From NCBI GenBank assembly GCA_000004985.1, contig GG738914.1: DNA of 64,000 nt. One strand, 5' to 3'. Origin of the DNA: Naegleria gruberi. Its lineage: Eukaryota. The position numbers and the translations under genes were made by a program. The notes under the pieces were generated by a model, which had not been told where the DNA came from, did no database searches, and worked only from the letters and a program-made list of their open reading frames with translations. The first letter of the stretch is position 1, and each line of letters starts with the position of its first letter. This document shows positions 44,701 to 59,082 of the stretch, in pieces.

Positions 44701-47700
44701 AATCTATCATAAATGTATAAATTATATGAATTACTATACTCTGATCGAGAATTATATAATTGCACATAGAAGGAAGTATCTGCAGAGGTTATAATCTGAG
44801 AAGGAATTTCACAATTGATCTCAGAGGAAACTGAAGTTAATACTTTGGCTACTCTAACAATTTGGTTACTAATACTAAATTGACAACCAACAGCAGCGCC
44901 AAGATTCTCACCTACAATTGTTACACTTGTTGGTATGTTTCTTTCAAGGAGGTATGGTTGAACATTGATAATACGTGGCTCGTCATATTTGCTCTTAATC
45001 AAGATTGGCAAGGAGAATGTATCAATTCCATTGAATGTAACAGTAAATGTTGTTGCAAATGGGAATTCTAATATGGAATAATCAGGAAGTGTATTATTCA
45101 ATGGTGGATAGAGAATGAAAAGTGAAGAGTCCACACATGTGAAAATATCACTTGTTGACAATCCAGAACCTTGATAGAAATTAATAATATTCTGCAAAGA
45201 AAGAGTCAGGGATGAGAATGATGAGCTTGTGGCAATTGTGAATTGCAAATTATTGGTATTGCCACAAGGCAATGCTTGACTAAAGTGTAACATTAAACTG
45301 TTTGGTACAATTGTAAGGATTTGATTCGTCTGAACAAAATCAGGTGTAATATTATCAATACTTGTCAGTTGTCCACCTGAACTGTAAGTTAAAGAGTTTA
45401 CAGTATTGAAGGATGAACCAGAATCAAATGACAATAATAAATCGTAGGAACCAGAAGGTGCATTTCCAGGATTACTCAATTCTACATAGGTTGAGGTAAC
45501 AGAGACCGGTGAGAGTCCTATTTCTTGACCTAAAATAGCTCTTCTTGTAGATTTGAGTTGAAGTTTACCTTGAATCTGTGAGATTACCAATACACTTGAA
45601 AAACTTCCATAAACTTTGATAGTAGGTGTTGATGAAAATACTAAGCTTGGAGAAATGCTGCTGAATGTTGGCATTGGAATTACATTGACAGTTAATGAAC
45701 CTGCTTGGATTGGCTTTTGTTGAGAATAAACAACCACAGAATAAGTTCCTGTTGTAGATGGAGCACTATCAAGACAAAAATCAAGACCACTAATAGAGCA
45801 TGAAGTTAGCCAAGTATCTTGTTTGTTGATTCTCAAGGATACTTGTAAAGGTAGCAATGGAGAATCAACTGAAACACCACTGATTGATACCTTAATTGCT
45901 GATCCAGAAATTGCCTGAGTTGGAGAGATGCTTATTGATGCCAAAACAGCAAAATCTAAATGCAAATTGAAATCTCCAAACGAGTAACCATTATCTAAAG
46001 ATAATTGGAAAGGTATTCTCTTTGGTAGTTGTCCTCCAAATAAGTAAGTGAGTGGAACAGTTGTGAATGTAATCTGATTAGTATTTTGGTTGTAGGTACC
46101 ATCAAGAACTTTGCTATTGATATTATCATTGAGCTTGATCTTTGGTTGTGTATTTCTTGGTAAACCAAGGACATTGATACTGACCAAAGTGGCAGAATAA
46201 ACATCAACTGTTGCAGGAGAGGCAGAACCAATAGATCCAGACCATGAATAAATTTCAACAGTTTGACTGAGAGTAATGTACGAGCTGAAATCATCAAAAC
46301 TAAAATCAACAAATAAGAATCCAGGATTGCTTGACAAGATTGTTGGCAAAGGACAATCAACTTGTGTGGCTGACTTTTTAACACAACCATTTGTTCCTTC
46401 ACTCACCACTAATTGGCTGACTGAACTTCTGTACTTGACAGCAAATGTAACGAGTCTACTGTCAAGAGTAGAAGCAAATGCTATGGACAAAGTACCAGAG
46501 TTTGATGTCTTGCTGGCATCAATAATACTTGGAGAAATACTGGAAACAGCTGAAGGTTTGATTGCTGTGAATAGCGAGATCAGTGTCATACTTGGGAAAC
46601 CATCAATGTAGAGAACGACATAGTACTGCTTGGATGTGCTACTCACTTGTGATTGAACATTTGGTGTAAGGCAGTTCAAGAATTTACCTGAGCTTGTGAG
46701 CAATTGGCAATTTTGGAGTGGTGTCATTATCTTCTTATTGTCAATGAATAATAATGTGAATGAGTATTGACTCATCCAATTACTATTTCCACCATGATTT
46801 ATGGATTTAATGGTGTCAAACATATTTGAATAGGTGAGTGTAACATTTTGTCCTCCATACACTGTGCCGTAAGGTAAACTCAATGGGAATCCAACATCCA
46901 AAACTAATATTTTCTTAATATCAGTAATAAAATTACTGGTTCCATCTATTACTAATTGTACAGAGCTAAATCCCGACTTGGTAGTTTTAGCAAGTTTGCA
47001 TTTAACAACAGTGGATGATATAATGATAGCACTAGTTTGATATGATGTACCGTCATTATCATTTTTAACATAGCAATTGAATGAATATGTAGTATTGAGT
47101 GAATATTTTGACAAGTAAATTGTAATGTAACTATAATCTCTAATACTAATGTCTGAAGTGGTCAGTACAAATGGACTGATCTTTTGAACTGTCAATAAAT
47201 CATAAACTACCAAGGAGTAGGTTTCTACTTGGGTGTTAGATTGAGAAATTTCCTTGTTAGCCACATTCATATAGAAGGAAGTAACAAATGGAACAGATTT
47301 CTTTGGTATGTAATTGGTTGGTGGCGAAAGATTATCAACTGGGCCAACATAAGGTGCCACAAAGTATGGTGCTGAGCTTTGGTCAATTCCAGATAAGATG
47401 GAAACGGATTCATCCTTCATCTGAACTGATATTTGCAAATTCTGTGGACTGAAATCGTAAGGAATAACAAATGTTCCATTGTTGAATACCGAAGCAGCGA
47501 CCATATCCATATTATTTCTGTTTGCAATTGGAGTAGGAACTGGCAACACTGGAATCTTCTTGGCATTTGTTAAGTATTGATAGTTTGAACTTTGATCTGG
47601 AATTCCAAGACGAAGTTCTAACATTTTGTTAACCTTACTAACAGCAGTATCTGTGGAAAAGACACAACTCAAAATATCACTTCCAACAATCTTTGTTACG

Positions 47701-50700
47701 AAAGTGCTAGCCACTACAGATCCATCAAGAGTCAACACGCATTTAACAATGCCTGTTTCCACTACGTCAATGGTGGAAACTGAAACTTGGAAGTCTGGAA
47801 TTGTGTTTACAAGTTGATCATTAATTGTCCACAAGTATGGATTAGTAAAGGATATTGTTTTGACAGTTTCAAAGTAAAGAGCAAATTGGTTACTTGTAAT
47901 CTTGAAAGGAACAGATACAGCTCTGGTAATAGCATAAATATCAAAGAATGTCTTTCTACTACCAGTCAATGAAGGACATGTAACCACATTACCAACCACA
48001 AAGGCATCAACTGCAGTTAGAGCAGATGCTGAACTAATAGCACATTTGTAAACAATATTTTCCATAGAGCCGAACGAATTCAAAGATACCTGAACAGTTT
48101 GAGGAGTATTGAGAGTAAATTGTGGAGTGACTGTGGCAACGCTATAGGTATTTTCGAAATATAAAGTAACTGGAGAGGAGGTAATTGAAGTTTCAGAACC
48201 ATTAGCATAATAGAACAAATCAGCAGATACAGAACCAACCTGTGAATAAGTAATAGAGCAAGTAATTTGATCAACAGTGCTAGATAAAGCTGTAACTGTA
48301 GCTTTGTAAAGTGTAGTTGAAATTTTACAATAAAGATTATTCTTCACAATTGCAGATGGTACAACCAAAGATCCATAATTTAACACAAATGAAACAGATG
48401 AAACAGAATTAACCAGTAAAATATCGGATTGACCACTGGCAATACTGAATGGTATTTTTTTCAATACTTGGAAATTTCCCTTGTTGGCTGTAATATCCAG
48501 AGTGAATGGGAAATTATTTGCTAACAAGTATTTAGTTGACACAGAAACTCTATAGTTACCAGAGTTAGAAAATGTAAATGATGAAGACGAAGAGGTGACG
48601 CCTTGAACTAGATTGTATGGAATATTATTTTCCAATTTCAAATTAAACTCATTATCAAATACAGTGGTAAGATTTGAGTTTGGTCCAAGTGTTAATGAAG
48701 AGGAAAATAATGTAATTACTGATGAAGCAACGCCAACAGTATCGATTACAAACGGTGGATTGACTTGTATAATGTCCACTGGTGAGTAGGGAACAATAGG
48801 AAGGGACAATACCTTTGGTACGGTTTTGATTTCCAAGTTATACTGATAGTACGGCTTGATAATACTGCTAGATCTTAAATCTGGTATTATGCATGAATAG
48901 GTTTGGAATGCAATGAGAGAACAAGTGAAAGCTCTTGTTGGTTCATCAACAAAGCTAACTGAAACGCTAGATTGATCTATGAAGTCAGAGTAGAGTGTAG
49001 CAGTTGTTCCACCAGAATACAGAGCAGTTGTTGGACTCAAGAATGATCCACCAATGACGTTAATAGTAGCATAGGTATTGGTAATGGAAAAATATGGTTT
49101 TCCCTGAAGACTCAAACCAATAGAAAGTTGATATATTCCTGAGTAGTGTTCTATTTCTGTGCAATTGAATACACCTTCGTTGATGATTTTTGCAGGGAAT
49201 ACTCTATTCAAACTTTGGTCTGATACTGAATTCCACACACAACCAAAAGAAGCTTCTCCAAAGTTAGATGATGTATTGAATGCTGTTGTGATAACAATTG
49301 AGAATTGTTTGGATGTTTGAACGCTATACATGGAAACAGATTGTATGTTAACTGTTGGAACTACTGTTAACTCTTGGTCGGTATTCGCAGATAGTACGGA
49401 TTGGAATGTTTTGGAAATTGCTTGTACATTCTCAAAGTAATTGATACTCAAAGTAAGTTTACCATAAATGTTTGAATTTGGAATAAAGGCACAATTAATA
49501 GAAGTCTTTTGAGCTACGGTTATTGTTCCCAAAACATATCCATTTGCATTAGATAGCATACAATAAACTAAATTGTTTGCAATAAGACTGTATGGAATTG
49601 TTTGATTAAAACTGACAGGTACAGAAAAGGAACCACTAACTGCAAACAGATTTGATCCTCCAGTAACTGAAACATTACCCTTTTGTAAATAGTAAACCTC
49701 AGAACTGAGTTTGGTTACCTGCAAAGGAGCTGAGTCGAGTAACAAGTTAGTTACATTGAAGAATGATGCAAATTGGACAACTCCAGCATTAACCTTGGAG
49801 GAAATCATTGGATCCAAATCACACAACAAAAAGTCAGGAGTACTGATAGTTTGACCTTTTGTGAATGGAGCATTTGACAGGGTCATATTTACATCTTTAG
49901 ATGTTAAACACTTCCAATCAATACCTAACAATGAGTCATAGCTATTATGGAATGACAAATAAACTTGTGGACTATTTGACACAGTATCTGATGTAATAAC
50001 TTTTGGATAAACATTGTCAACATTCACAGTTTGATAAGCAACAATCTTGAAACTCAGTGTTGTGAGAGGTTCCTTATAGTTAACACCAGCAATTGTGAAT
50101 GAGGAATAAAGGGTTGCTGTTATGGTCTGAATAGTTTTGGAGAATGAAATAGTTCCAGTAGTGATGGTACAGACAATACGATAGGTGGTCTTTGCAATAT
50201 TGCAACCAATCTCACGATTAGTTCCCTCAAAATTCAAACGTAAGCTGTATGTAAGGAAAGAAGTTTCGGATGGTAATGACATAAAGCTATCCTTGGAAAT
50301 AATCTTGAAAGAAATGGTAGGTAATTGAGTCGATTCAATATAATTTGGAGTTGGTTTGATTGTATCAAAAGGTAGTTTGAGTGGAGTTTTAGAAATATCC
50401 AATTGGAACGTTTTGGATGTTGTGGTATCCTTTGTCATTTCTAAAGTTATATTCCTTTCTGATGGACTGTTGATTCCTGTGAAGAGTGTGGATCTTGAAG
50501 ATATTTCACATCTAACCATATCATCTGAGAGAATTGTAGAATCGTAAAGAGTACTGCCAATTCTGCACTTGTACTGGATATTGGTTCTTCTTGTAGCATC
50601 AAAAGTCACTCCCAAAAATACGTATTTGAGATCAGTTGTGTCAGTTGCATAATCCAAGATAGAAGGGAAAGACTCTGCGATACTCAAATATTTGGTTACA

Positions 50701-53700
50701 AAATAGAATGATGTAGAAACAGCAATAATATCAGTTTGCATAGACCCATACGTGATGGAAATACTTGGTGAAATCAGCATTGGTGAATATTTGCCTTGTG
50801 CGTATGGTATTGAAGGATTGTACTGAATTGTCATTTGGCAATTAGAGTCAATTACTATTGGGAAAGTTGAAACTAGAATTTTGTCTTCATAATTTTTGAG
50901 TGTTGCACTTTGAATAGCCAAACAATTGAATTTGGCCTTATTTAGCTTGAAATTGTTAATTGTAAACGATTGGGTACTTTGCACAAAGAGCGCACCACTG
51001 GAATCCAAAGTGTCAATAGTAATGGAGTCACTGGCTATTGGCAATAAATAAGATGAAGTAATAGGTATTCTAGAAATTCCATTAAATACATAAATTCCAA
51101 AATCAGCATAGAAAATTCCATTTTCCAAAACTGGATTATTCAATGTAATATCAATGCTACACACAAAAGTTGATAAAGCAGGAGAATATGTAGCAGTAAA
51201 GAATTGTCCATTCAAGAGGCAGTAATAATTCCAAGTTGCTTCTAAAGTATTATTCTTTGTTGTTTGTACGGATAGTTGCCCACTAACACGACCTGCAATT
51301 GACTGAAGAATATTAGGTGAAGTGGTAATTATACTTTCCTTTACACCATGATAGTAAACAACATTATAAATTGGAATTGACTTGGTCATAACACTTTCCT
51401 TCACTCTAATAACAACTGAGTTTTGTCTTGGAGATGTTACTGGAGGGAATGAAACAGTACAATTGAGAGAATTACCATTAAACGAAGCACTTGAAATACT
51501 TCCATCTACGGAAACACAAGAGTACGAATATTGGGCACCAGAGAATTTGAATTTGAGATAAATTGACAATGTAGAAGAGCCAACATCATTAGTAACAAAA
51601 AATGGTGAACCAATAACATTAGTTGAACTAATCATATCAAAACCAAGTGACTTTCCAACACGGTAGGTTCCTATGTTTTGTCTGGATGCTGTTCTTCCCT
51701 TATATTTGAGCTCCAATACGTAGGAACCAGCATCTGTTGCATTGATATTGCCACACGTTACCAGAGAGCTGGTTTGAGAAACAGCTTGAATACTCTGTAC
51801 ATTAGCACTGAATTGATTGAGAGTACCATCAGAGGTAGCCAAACATTGAAAATTAGATACATTAGAAGGCAACACATTTTGAATAAGCAAGCTGAATATC
51901 AACCCACTAGATGATCCAGTATTTTCAATAGTGAAACTAGGATACTGATATGAAATAGTTGCATCGCTGTTAAGAACAATGAAATCCAAAGAATAATCCA
52001 ATATTTTGGCCTTAATTATTCCAAAACTATTTGATAGCAATCCTGCAGGAATTGGAGCCACTACCCTAGTTGGATATCCTGGATAGGCAGTGTAATATGA
52101 GAGTGCTGTCCATGAAGAGCCTAAAAGCAAGTAGACTTGGCTTCTCAAAGAAAAAGGCAAGTCATACTTGATTTCTACTGAATCAGAGTCACTAGAAGGC
52201 ATTATATTGCTATCAGATCTGAGTTTCAAATCACCCACATAGGTATTAGTGAAATTGAACAGTGAAAAAGTTGCTGATTGTCTATCTTTGTAAGCCAATG
52301 TGAGATTTCCATTGTTGCTAATATTCATAGCTGTTGAATTGAATGAGAAAGTACAATTAAAAGTGATATCAAATACATTTTCATCAGTATCAGAAGTTAC
52401 TCGAGAGGCATAAAGGAATACTCCCTTAAATGATACTGAAGATGAACTGGTTCTGTAAATACAATGTAAAGCATTTTGGTAAGTGGTAATACTAACTGAA
52501 GTAGCATCGAATTTTGATCTAACAGTAAACTGAAGAGTGGAATTATTTGGATCTATGATAGCATACAAGTTATCTGGAAACTTTGAAGTCACCTGAGAGG
52601 GTGATGGAACTCCAAGTTCACAATTTCTTCCAGTTCTCAAATTTAAACAAGCACAATCGTTGGTTACAGGTGTACCAGAAATGAAACACGAACAATATCC
52701 GAAATCACCACAAATACCTCTTCCTGAACATGCATTTTCGTCTTTCTCAAGCAGTCCATAACAAATTTTCTGGTCACAGAATTGGCCACCGAAAAAAGTG
52801 TTTGTACAGACGCACACATCTTTTGCAACACAATTACCTCTAAGATTGCAAACAGTTCCATCAATGGAGAGAATACCATTACAAGTAGTGAATTTACACG
52901 CATTATCGGCAGGGTCATTATAAAAATTAGGGTTACAAACACAAAGATTGTCACCAGGGAGCTTTTCTGTTCCAGGAACAACAGTACAGTTACCATTAAC
53001 ACATCCATTAATCATACCATGACAATAAACATCTTGGCAATAATTACCACCAAACTTGTAACCATACTGGCATGTGCACTTCTCTGGTTCATTACAGCTA
53101 CCTCTTCCATTACACACTAAAGGATCATCAAATGGCAATCCACCACACATTCTTTTACAAGTAGATCCTCCATATCCAGTATCACAAAATTCACAATTAG
53201 TGCCATAAGAATGAGGAGTAGTACAGGAGCAAGTATCAAACGAAACACATGAGCCTCTCCCTGAGCAAACACTAGAATTCTTACCAGATACGCCAAAGCA
53301 AAAGGTACTTGGTGTAGCTAGTATTCCAATTTCGTTATCAGTTAACACTCTGTCGAAAATAACAAATTCGTCGATTGCTCCAGTCACCTTATCGAGGAAG
53401 AATGTTACATTTCCTGATCCTGGAGATCTCAAATTTCCAATAGTGAGAGTACCATTTGGTGGAATTTTTTGGCCCTTCTTGTAATCCAGTTTGAAATCCT
53501 TCAATGTTCCATCAATATAGAGTTTGAGAAGTCCACTATCAGAACTCCAAGATACTGCAACATGACGCCAAGTTTTACTATTGATGTTTACAGTTGTATC
53601 CCATGAATTAGAGGCAGTAAACAAATATCTCAATACGTGTGGTTCATTAATAGAAACTTTCAAGCTTCGATAGTCAGTAAGAACGAATCCAAAATATGTA

Positions 53701-54717
53701 TTATTTACTTGATACGCGAATGGTGCACCTTGCTCCAAATGATTACCCTATATTATTAAATATAAACAATAAAAGAATTATTGTAAAACATACCTCTGAT
53801 TCAGAAAGCAACCAAAATGCAACAGTGACTTTAGTGGAAGGAAATGGAAAATTGAGTACATCAGCTCTGGAACTCGATTCTGGTCCAAATTCAAGAGCTT
53901 TTCCAGATGCACCTGTGATATAATTCACAGAACCAACAGTATTCACTGCATTACCTCCACACATATCTGAAAATTGATTATTAGCAATATCTGTACTAAT
54001 ATAAAATTTACATCCTCCATACTGTGTTGGTGTTGGATAGGCAATCTCTACATTTTTCAAATGTTGAATAGTATTATTACAAAAAGGTCCATAATATGGT
54101 GAAAAACAAGAACATCCCTCGTTCAATGATAAACATACTCCATTTCCACTACACTCATCGGTTCCACTGCATGTAGCAGTATAAAGCAATAGAACATTCT
54201 TTGGTGTTTGAGATAGAGTTGAATTGATTGTTTGATAATGTAAAGTTGAATTATAACCAAGAGCAAGATAGGATTTATCTCCAGTTTGCTGTCTCAATAA
54301 GTTATATTCCAAACTTCCAACAGGAGGTAACTTGATTGAATTACTGTATCCAATAAATGTATCATAATCTCCACCATTATTACATTTGCTATTATAAATG
54401 GATGAAATTCTGGAAGCTCCAGCAAAATCTACAGAATTTGCCTTTGCAACCTTCTGACAACCATCTGGAGTGGTGTAAAAGTAATCAGCCAAAACCAAGC
54501 CAGAACTAATAAAACTGAAATTCTTTGCATTGACAAACACATCTCTAGCTGACAAGTAACCAGCTGTACTAGCTGTTTGATAATTAGATGATCTAAACAG
54601 TTCACTCGTTGAAATAAAATTGAATGGCTCACTAATGGCCTTTAAATTAGCATCTGTATAGTATGAACCATTGTACGAGCCAAGATAAGGACTCTGATCA
54701 TAGAAACTCAATCTCAA
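41703..54717 (-). CDS. giant receptor-like protein (more than 4300 aa; at least 2 exons; intron 53748..53793): LamG/ConA-like domain, EGF-like Cys modules, a Ser/Thr-rich beta-rich region of about 3000 aa, furin/VSP-like CxxC repeats, a polytopic module of about 10 TM segments, and a charged cytoplasmic tail
   Basis: The 4011-aa track ORF begins at a TTG. A 46-nt GTATGT...ATATAG intron joins it in frame to the 324-aa upstream ORF (...WLLSESE + GNHLEQGAPFAY...). The LamG-like motifs (TWRHVAVSWSSDSGLLKLYIDG...IDEFVIFDRVL) lie just downstream of the junction. The C-terminus has about 10 hydrophobic helices after the CxxCxxGYY repeats. Confidence 0.75.
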
Positions 54718-54918
54718 ACGAAAGTAAGGTCTCGTTCCAACTGTTCCACAATTAATATCGGACGATGGATAGGAAGGAGGAACTACGAGAGTGGGATTGC
54801 TGAGTGAAAGAACATTCTTCTCATATCGATCTGATGATGAAAATCATAATAAATTAAATATATTAAATTATAATCATAATTAATATTAAATATGTAAAGT
54901 ATTGTTGTTATATGTTAA

Positions 54919-55326
54919 TTAATGTAAATAATAAAACATACATTTAGTGAGAGCTTCCATACATGTTTCTGGAATCTTATCCTTCAATATATATTGAGCA
55001 TTTACCATTAAAAAGAAGGAAGAAGAAGAATCCGACAATGATAAAACTGATGATGATGAATCTGTTGTTATTGCTGCTTGGAAGAGAGCAATTACCAAAA
55101 CTAACAACATGATCATCAGAAAGGCTAAAATACATGAAGACGAGAAAGAATAGCGAATTTTACCAAGCCTCTTTTGATCATCATTACTTTCATAAACACA
55201 TGTTGTTGATGATAATTTTGATCCGATTATATTGTTATGTTGAAGATGATCATGACGATGAGAAGCCTTTTCATTCTTCTTCTTTTTTAATAATTGTTTG
55301 TCGCTTCTTCTAGCTGTAACGGTCAT
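54919..55326 (-). CDS. probable 5' exon, encoding a signal anchor, of the giant gene
   Basis: An ATG at 55326 starts MTVTARRSDKQ, which is followed by a hydrophobic segment (ILAFLMIMLLVLVIALFQAAI). A GTATGT donor follows ...MEALTK. The downstream ORF at 53743-54717 lacks an ATG, so it needs an upstream exon. Confidence 0.3.
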   Translation of the reverse strand: MTVTARRSDKQLLKKKKNEKASHRHDHLQHNNIIGSKLSSTTCVYESNDDQKRLGKIRYSFSSSCILAFLMIMLLVLVIALFQAAITTDSSSSVLSLSDSSSSFFLMVNAQYILKDKIPETCMEALTKCMFYYLH

Positions 55327-55793
55327 AATTTTAGTTTCCAGCAATAGAAGAAGAAGAATTTGGGTGAAAATTGTTGTGAAATAATATTACTAATTGTTAT
55401 TAACTGTTATTGTTTTACGACGTGGGGTAATAACAAGAAGTAATATAATGTGGAGAGTTGATTCTTTGGTTTTTTAATGATGGGAGAAGTGTTGACACTT
55501 GGCAGGTAAGAACTGATCGAGTCATGTTGCAAAAACCCGAACTTTCAAATCTCTAGAAGGCTCATTGCAAAAATTCATCCAACATGTTTTGGTTGCGATC
55601 TTTTTGGACATGATTTTTGACTTTCCAAAAACATCAAAAAAACAAGTTGTTTACAACATGCATAAGAGAATATTACAGTTGAACATTTAATGTTTTAACA
55701 GTTAATGTAGTAATAATCGATTATTTCAACCACTACGTTCATTCTTTTGTAAACTATTTAATAAGTATTAAATATTTAATAATTTAAAAAAAA

Positions 55794-56564
55794 ATGGCGG
55801 GAAGCAAATATTTCATCACCTTCACACTATTGATCGCCTTCCTTTCCATTTGGTTCTTCTACTTGATCCACTATCGTTTGGAGAATTTTTCTCCCCAACC
55901 AAGAAGAGTCATCTACAATGAAGAAGGCTTTTGTGGTTTCGATGGCAAGAATTACAAATCATCCAATCATGATGATCGGAATGATACTACTGATGATCAA
56001 TCTACCACCCACAATAATAGCAATCCTAATAATTTATCATCATCATCAATTTTAAATATTAATATTAATAATAATAATAATACAAAATTAATGATGAAGA
56101 TGATGCACAAGGGACCTTGTGGGATTTGTTCCAATTTACACGACTATGAAGTGTACAATAGAACACGACTCACACTCACAAGAACGGCAACATTATGTGC
56201 TGTTGGATACTTGCTGTTGGGTGAGAGAGTTTCGAGGTATTGTCTTTCGAGTCAGACTGGAATGAGTGAGCTGTGTGTGGAGTGTTGGTTGCAGAATATT
56301 CAGTGCACCACTGCCATGTGTATGCCAGTGTGTGTGAAACATTTTGTGAGGACGTATTGGGAGAGGTTGGCGATGGCTCTTGGATTGGATTCGATTGGAG
56401 AGTATTCAGCACAATTTGGAAAGGATAATTTATCACCTTGTTTCAAGTGTGATGAGATGGAGTGTGGAAATGGATTTAAGAAATGTTCTGGATTGAATAG
56501 AAGAAATGCTGGATTTGAAACTGATATTCCAAGACCAGATGAGCAAATGTGGAAGGGCAATTAA
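55794..56564 (+). CDS. hypothetical membrane-anchored Cys-rich protein
   Basis: The start is an ATG. There is an N-terminal hydrophobic anchor (ITFTLLIAFLSIWFFYLI), a poly-Asn linker and a C-terminal Cys-rich domain (CVECWLQNIQCTTAMCMPVCVKHF...CFKCDEMECGNGFKKC). Confidence 0.45.
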   Translation: MAGSKYFITFTLLIAFLSIWFFYLIHYRLENFSPQPRRVIYNEEGFCGFDGKNYKSSNHDDRNDTTDDQSTTHNNSNPNNLSSSSILNININNNNNTKLMMKMMHKGPCGICSNLHDYEVYNRTRLTLTRTATLCAVGYLLLGERVSRYCLSSQTGMSELCVECWLQNIQCTTAMCMPVCVKHFVRTYWERLAMALGLDSIGEYSAQFGKDNLSPCFKCDEMECGNGFKKCSGLNRRNAGFETDIPRPDEQMWKGN

Positions 56565-56568
56565 ATCT

Positions 56569-57744
56569 CTAATTATTGATTGCATTCGAAAGTTGATTTT
56601 CAGATGTACTTGTTGACAGAGTGATTTCTACTTGATTGGCTACTGTTCTATCTATTGTAGTATTTTTCTGACTGTTCAATAATAGTTGCTTTTCCTTTTG
56701 TTCAACTGAATCCACAATCTTATACGATTCTGAAAAGAGAGGATTGTATAAGAATAGAACCACAACACTAAAAAACAAAATTCCAAAAGAATTCAAGCAA
56801 TAATCAATAGCTTTCAAATCATTTGATACTAGTGAGGTGATAATTCCAACAATTGCAGAAATAATCTGAACAAAAGCACTCAGAATAAGTGATACCAATA
56901 GGACAAGTGTTTTGATGAGTGGTTTTTGAACCATTCTTACAATAAGACTTCTATTCGATTCCTGTTGCAGATTTAGAGATCTAGACCGAATTGTTTTAAT
57001 CACTCTCAATCCATAATATAAGAATAATCCAAGAGAAATTAACACCAATGAAGTGAATATTACAAAAACAGCTACTGAGAGACCTGTTTGCCAATTGCCA
57101 TCCAAGACACCAATAGTATTCAATACTTTGATTGTGGTGAGTCCAACAACTAGAATACTCATAATGACCGAAGTTGCTCCAGATAGTGTAAATGTCACAA
57201 TTCGCGACACTTTGAATAATTGTTTGCTCATAGCTCCAGACAAGTGTACAGTAGTCAAACTTCTTTTTAAATATATTATTAATAATATTTAAACTTACAA
57301 CACTGTTTGGATGAATCCAATAATTATCACCATTGTAATTGCCTGAAATAGGATTAATGAAAATTCTAAAGCACCGAGCACCAACAGTGGAATAATATTT
57401 GGAGGATTTTCTGTCGTATTCCTCAACTCCTTCCTCAATTTTAGGGATTCTCCAAAATATGCAATTCTAAAAATCAATGCCAATAATTGAATAAAGACAA
57501 GAACTCCAGCAAGGGCTAACAACTTTTTCTGATTACTTTTGATATTCTGCTTTCTTCCGAAATAGCAGACGAAAACAATAAGAGCCAATAAGAAGATAAC
57601 GAATAATACAGCAAATATGGATGAAACAGCGATTGAAGCAATACAATTAGTCTGAGTTGGAAGAATGTAGGTTATATTCTTTCCATTAACCAGTGTTCCA
57701 TTGGCTATCACACCTGTTGGCATGTTGACTGAATGAATGGACAT
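56569..57744 (-). CDS. seven-transmembrane receptor-like protein, paralog A (2 exons; intron about 57260..57298)
   Basis: The two track ORFs (57295-57744 and 56569-57258) join across a GTAAGT...AAG intron of 36-39 nt. The second ORF starts at a TTG. The spliced product has about 7 hydrophobic helices. Confidence 0.6.
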
Positions 57745-57884
57745 GTGGATATTTGTTTTTATTGAATGTCTGAAAGTGGATTCTCTTGCAATCTCATTGG
57801 GCTTTTAACTTGATGGTATTAAAGACTCAGGCAAGCAATCACTTGTCAATTAATAAGCTACCTTCAAAAGATGTGTCTAAGCAA

Positions 57885-59082
57885 TTAAATATCTACAGTA
57901 CGAGGTGAGTCTGCTGCAGAACTCAAACTGGAGGCTGATTGCACTCTCTCAGCCATTTCATCTCCTAATAAAGATTGCTTCTCCTTCTCCTCTACAGAAT
58001 CGACTACTTTGTACGATTCACTAAATAAAGGATTGTACAAGAACAGAATCACTACACTAAAAAATAGAATTCCAAAAGAGTTTAAGCTGTAATCTATTGC
58101 TTTAAAATCATTAGAGACACTTGATGTGATTATTCCAATAATTGCTGAAAGAATTAATATAAACGTGCTCAATACTAGAGAAATCAACAATGAGACAGTC
58201 TTGATGAGAGGTTTTTGTACTGTTCTAATAATTAAATTTCTATTAGTTTCTTGTCTTAGATTGAGAGATCTTGATTTGATGGTTGTCACTACTTTAAATC
58301 CAAAGAATGACAGCATGCCAAGAGATGTAAAGATGATAATGATGAAAAGAATAAATACTACCACAGTAATGGCAGTTTGATTCACATCTCCATAAATTCC
58401 AAGTGTTGTCAAAACTTTCGAAATGGTCAAAACAATAATGAAAATACCCATTGCAACAGCCGTGAGAATTCCCATGACAATGGTCATCACTCTCACCACC
58501 TTATAAACCTTCTTTGTCATGGCCCCAGATAAATGTACAGTTGTTAAACTATTGTTTTTAAATTAGTGTAATTGTGTGAAATAAAACCTACAAGACATAT
58601 TGGATAAATGAAATGATAACAACCATGGTGACTGCTTGGAAGAGTGAAAAAGCAAATTCCAAAGCTCCGAACACTACTAGTGATGTTGTCATTGAATCAA
58701 TGACAAATTTCACACCAATAAGAGATGTATATTTTGCTCTGATTGAAAAGGCAATTGCAAAGTAAATAATTCTCAAAATTAAAGCCATTAATTGAACACC
58801 AACTAGAATAGACGAAAGAATGAGTAAAACTTTTTGATTCCTCTTCATAACCTTCTTGGTTTCTGTTCTAACAAAAAAGCCCAGCTGCACAAGTAGAAAG
58901 ATAGCAAAGCAAACAACAAAGAATCCAGAAACTGTCGTTGATGCAATACAGTTTGGGTGAGTTGGCAAGACAGATGTCAGATTCTTATTGAAACCAGAGT
59001 CCGATTCGTTCAGAACAGCAGACTGCAAAGGACTCCACAATGTTGGTAAGCTAGCAAAGTTCAAGTGAATGGTTGTGGGCAT
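57885..59082 (-). CDS. seven-transmembrane receptor-like protein, paralog B (2 exons; intron 58549..58591)
   Basis: It has the same architecture as paralog A. A 43-nt GTAGGT...AATAG intron joins ...ISFIQYV to FLTTVHLSGAMTKK, which is the same junction position as in A (FLTTVHLSGAMSKQ). The likely ATG is at 59082. Confidence 0.6.
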
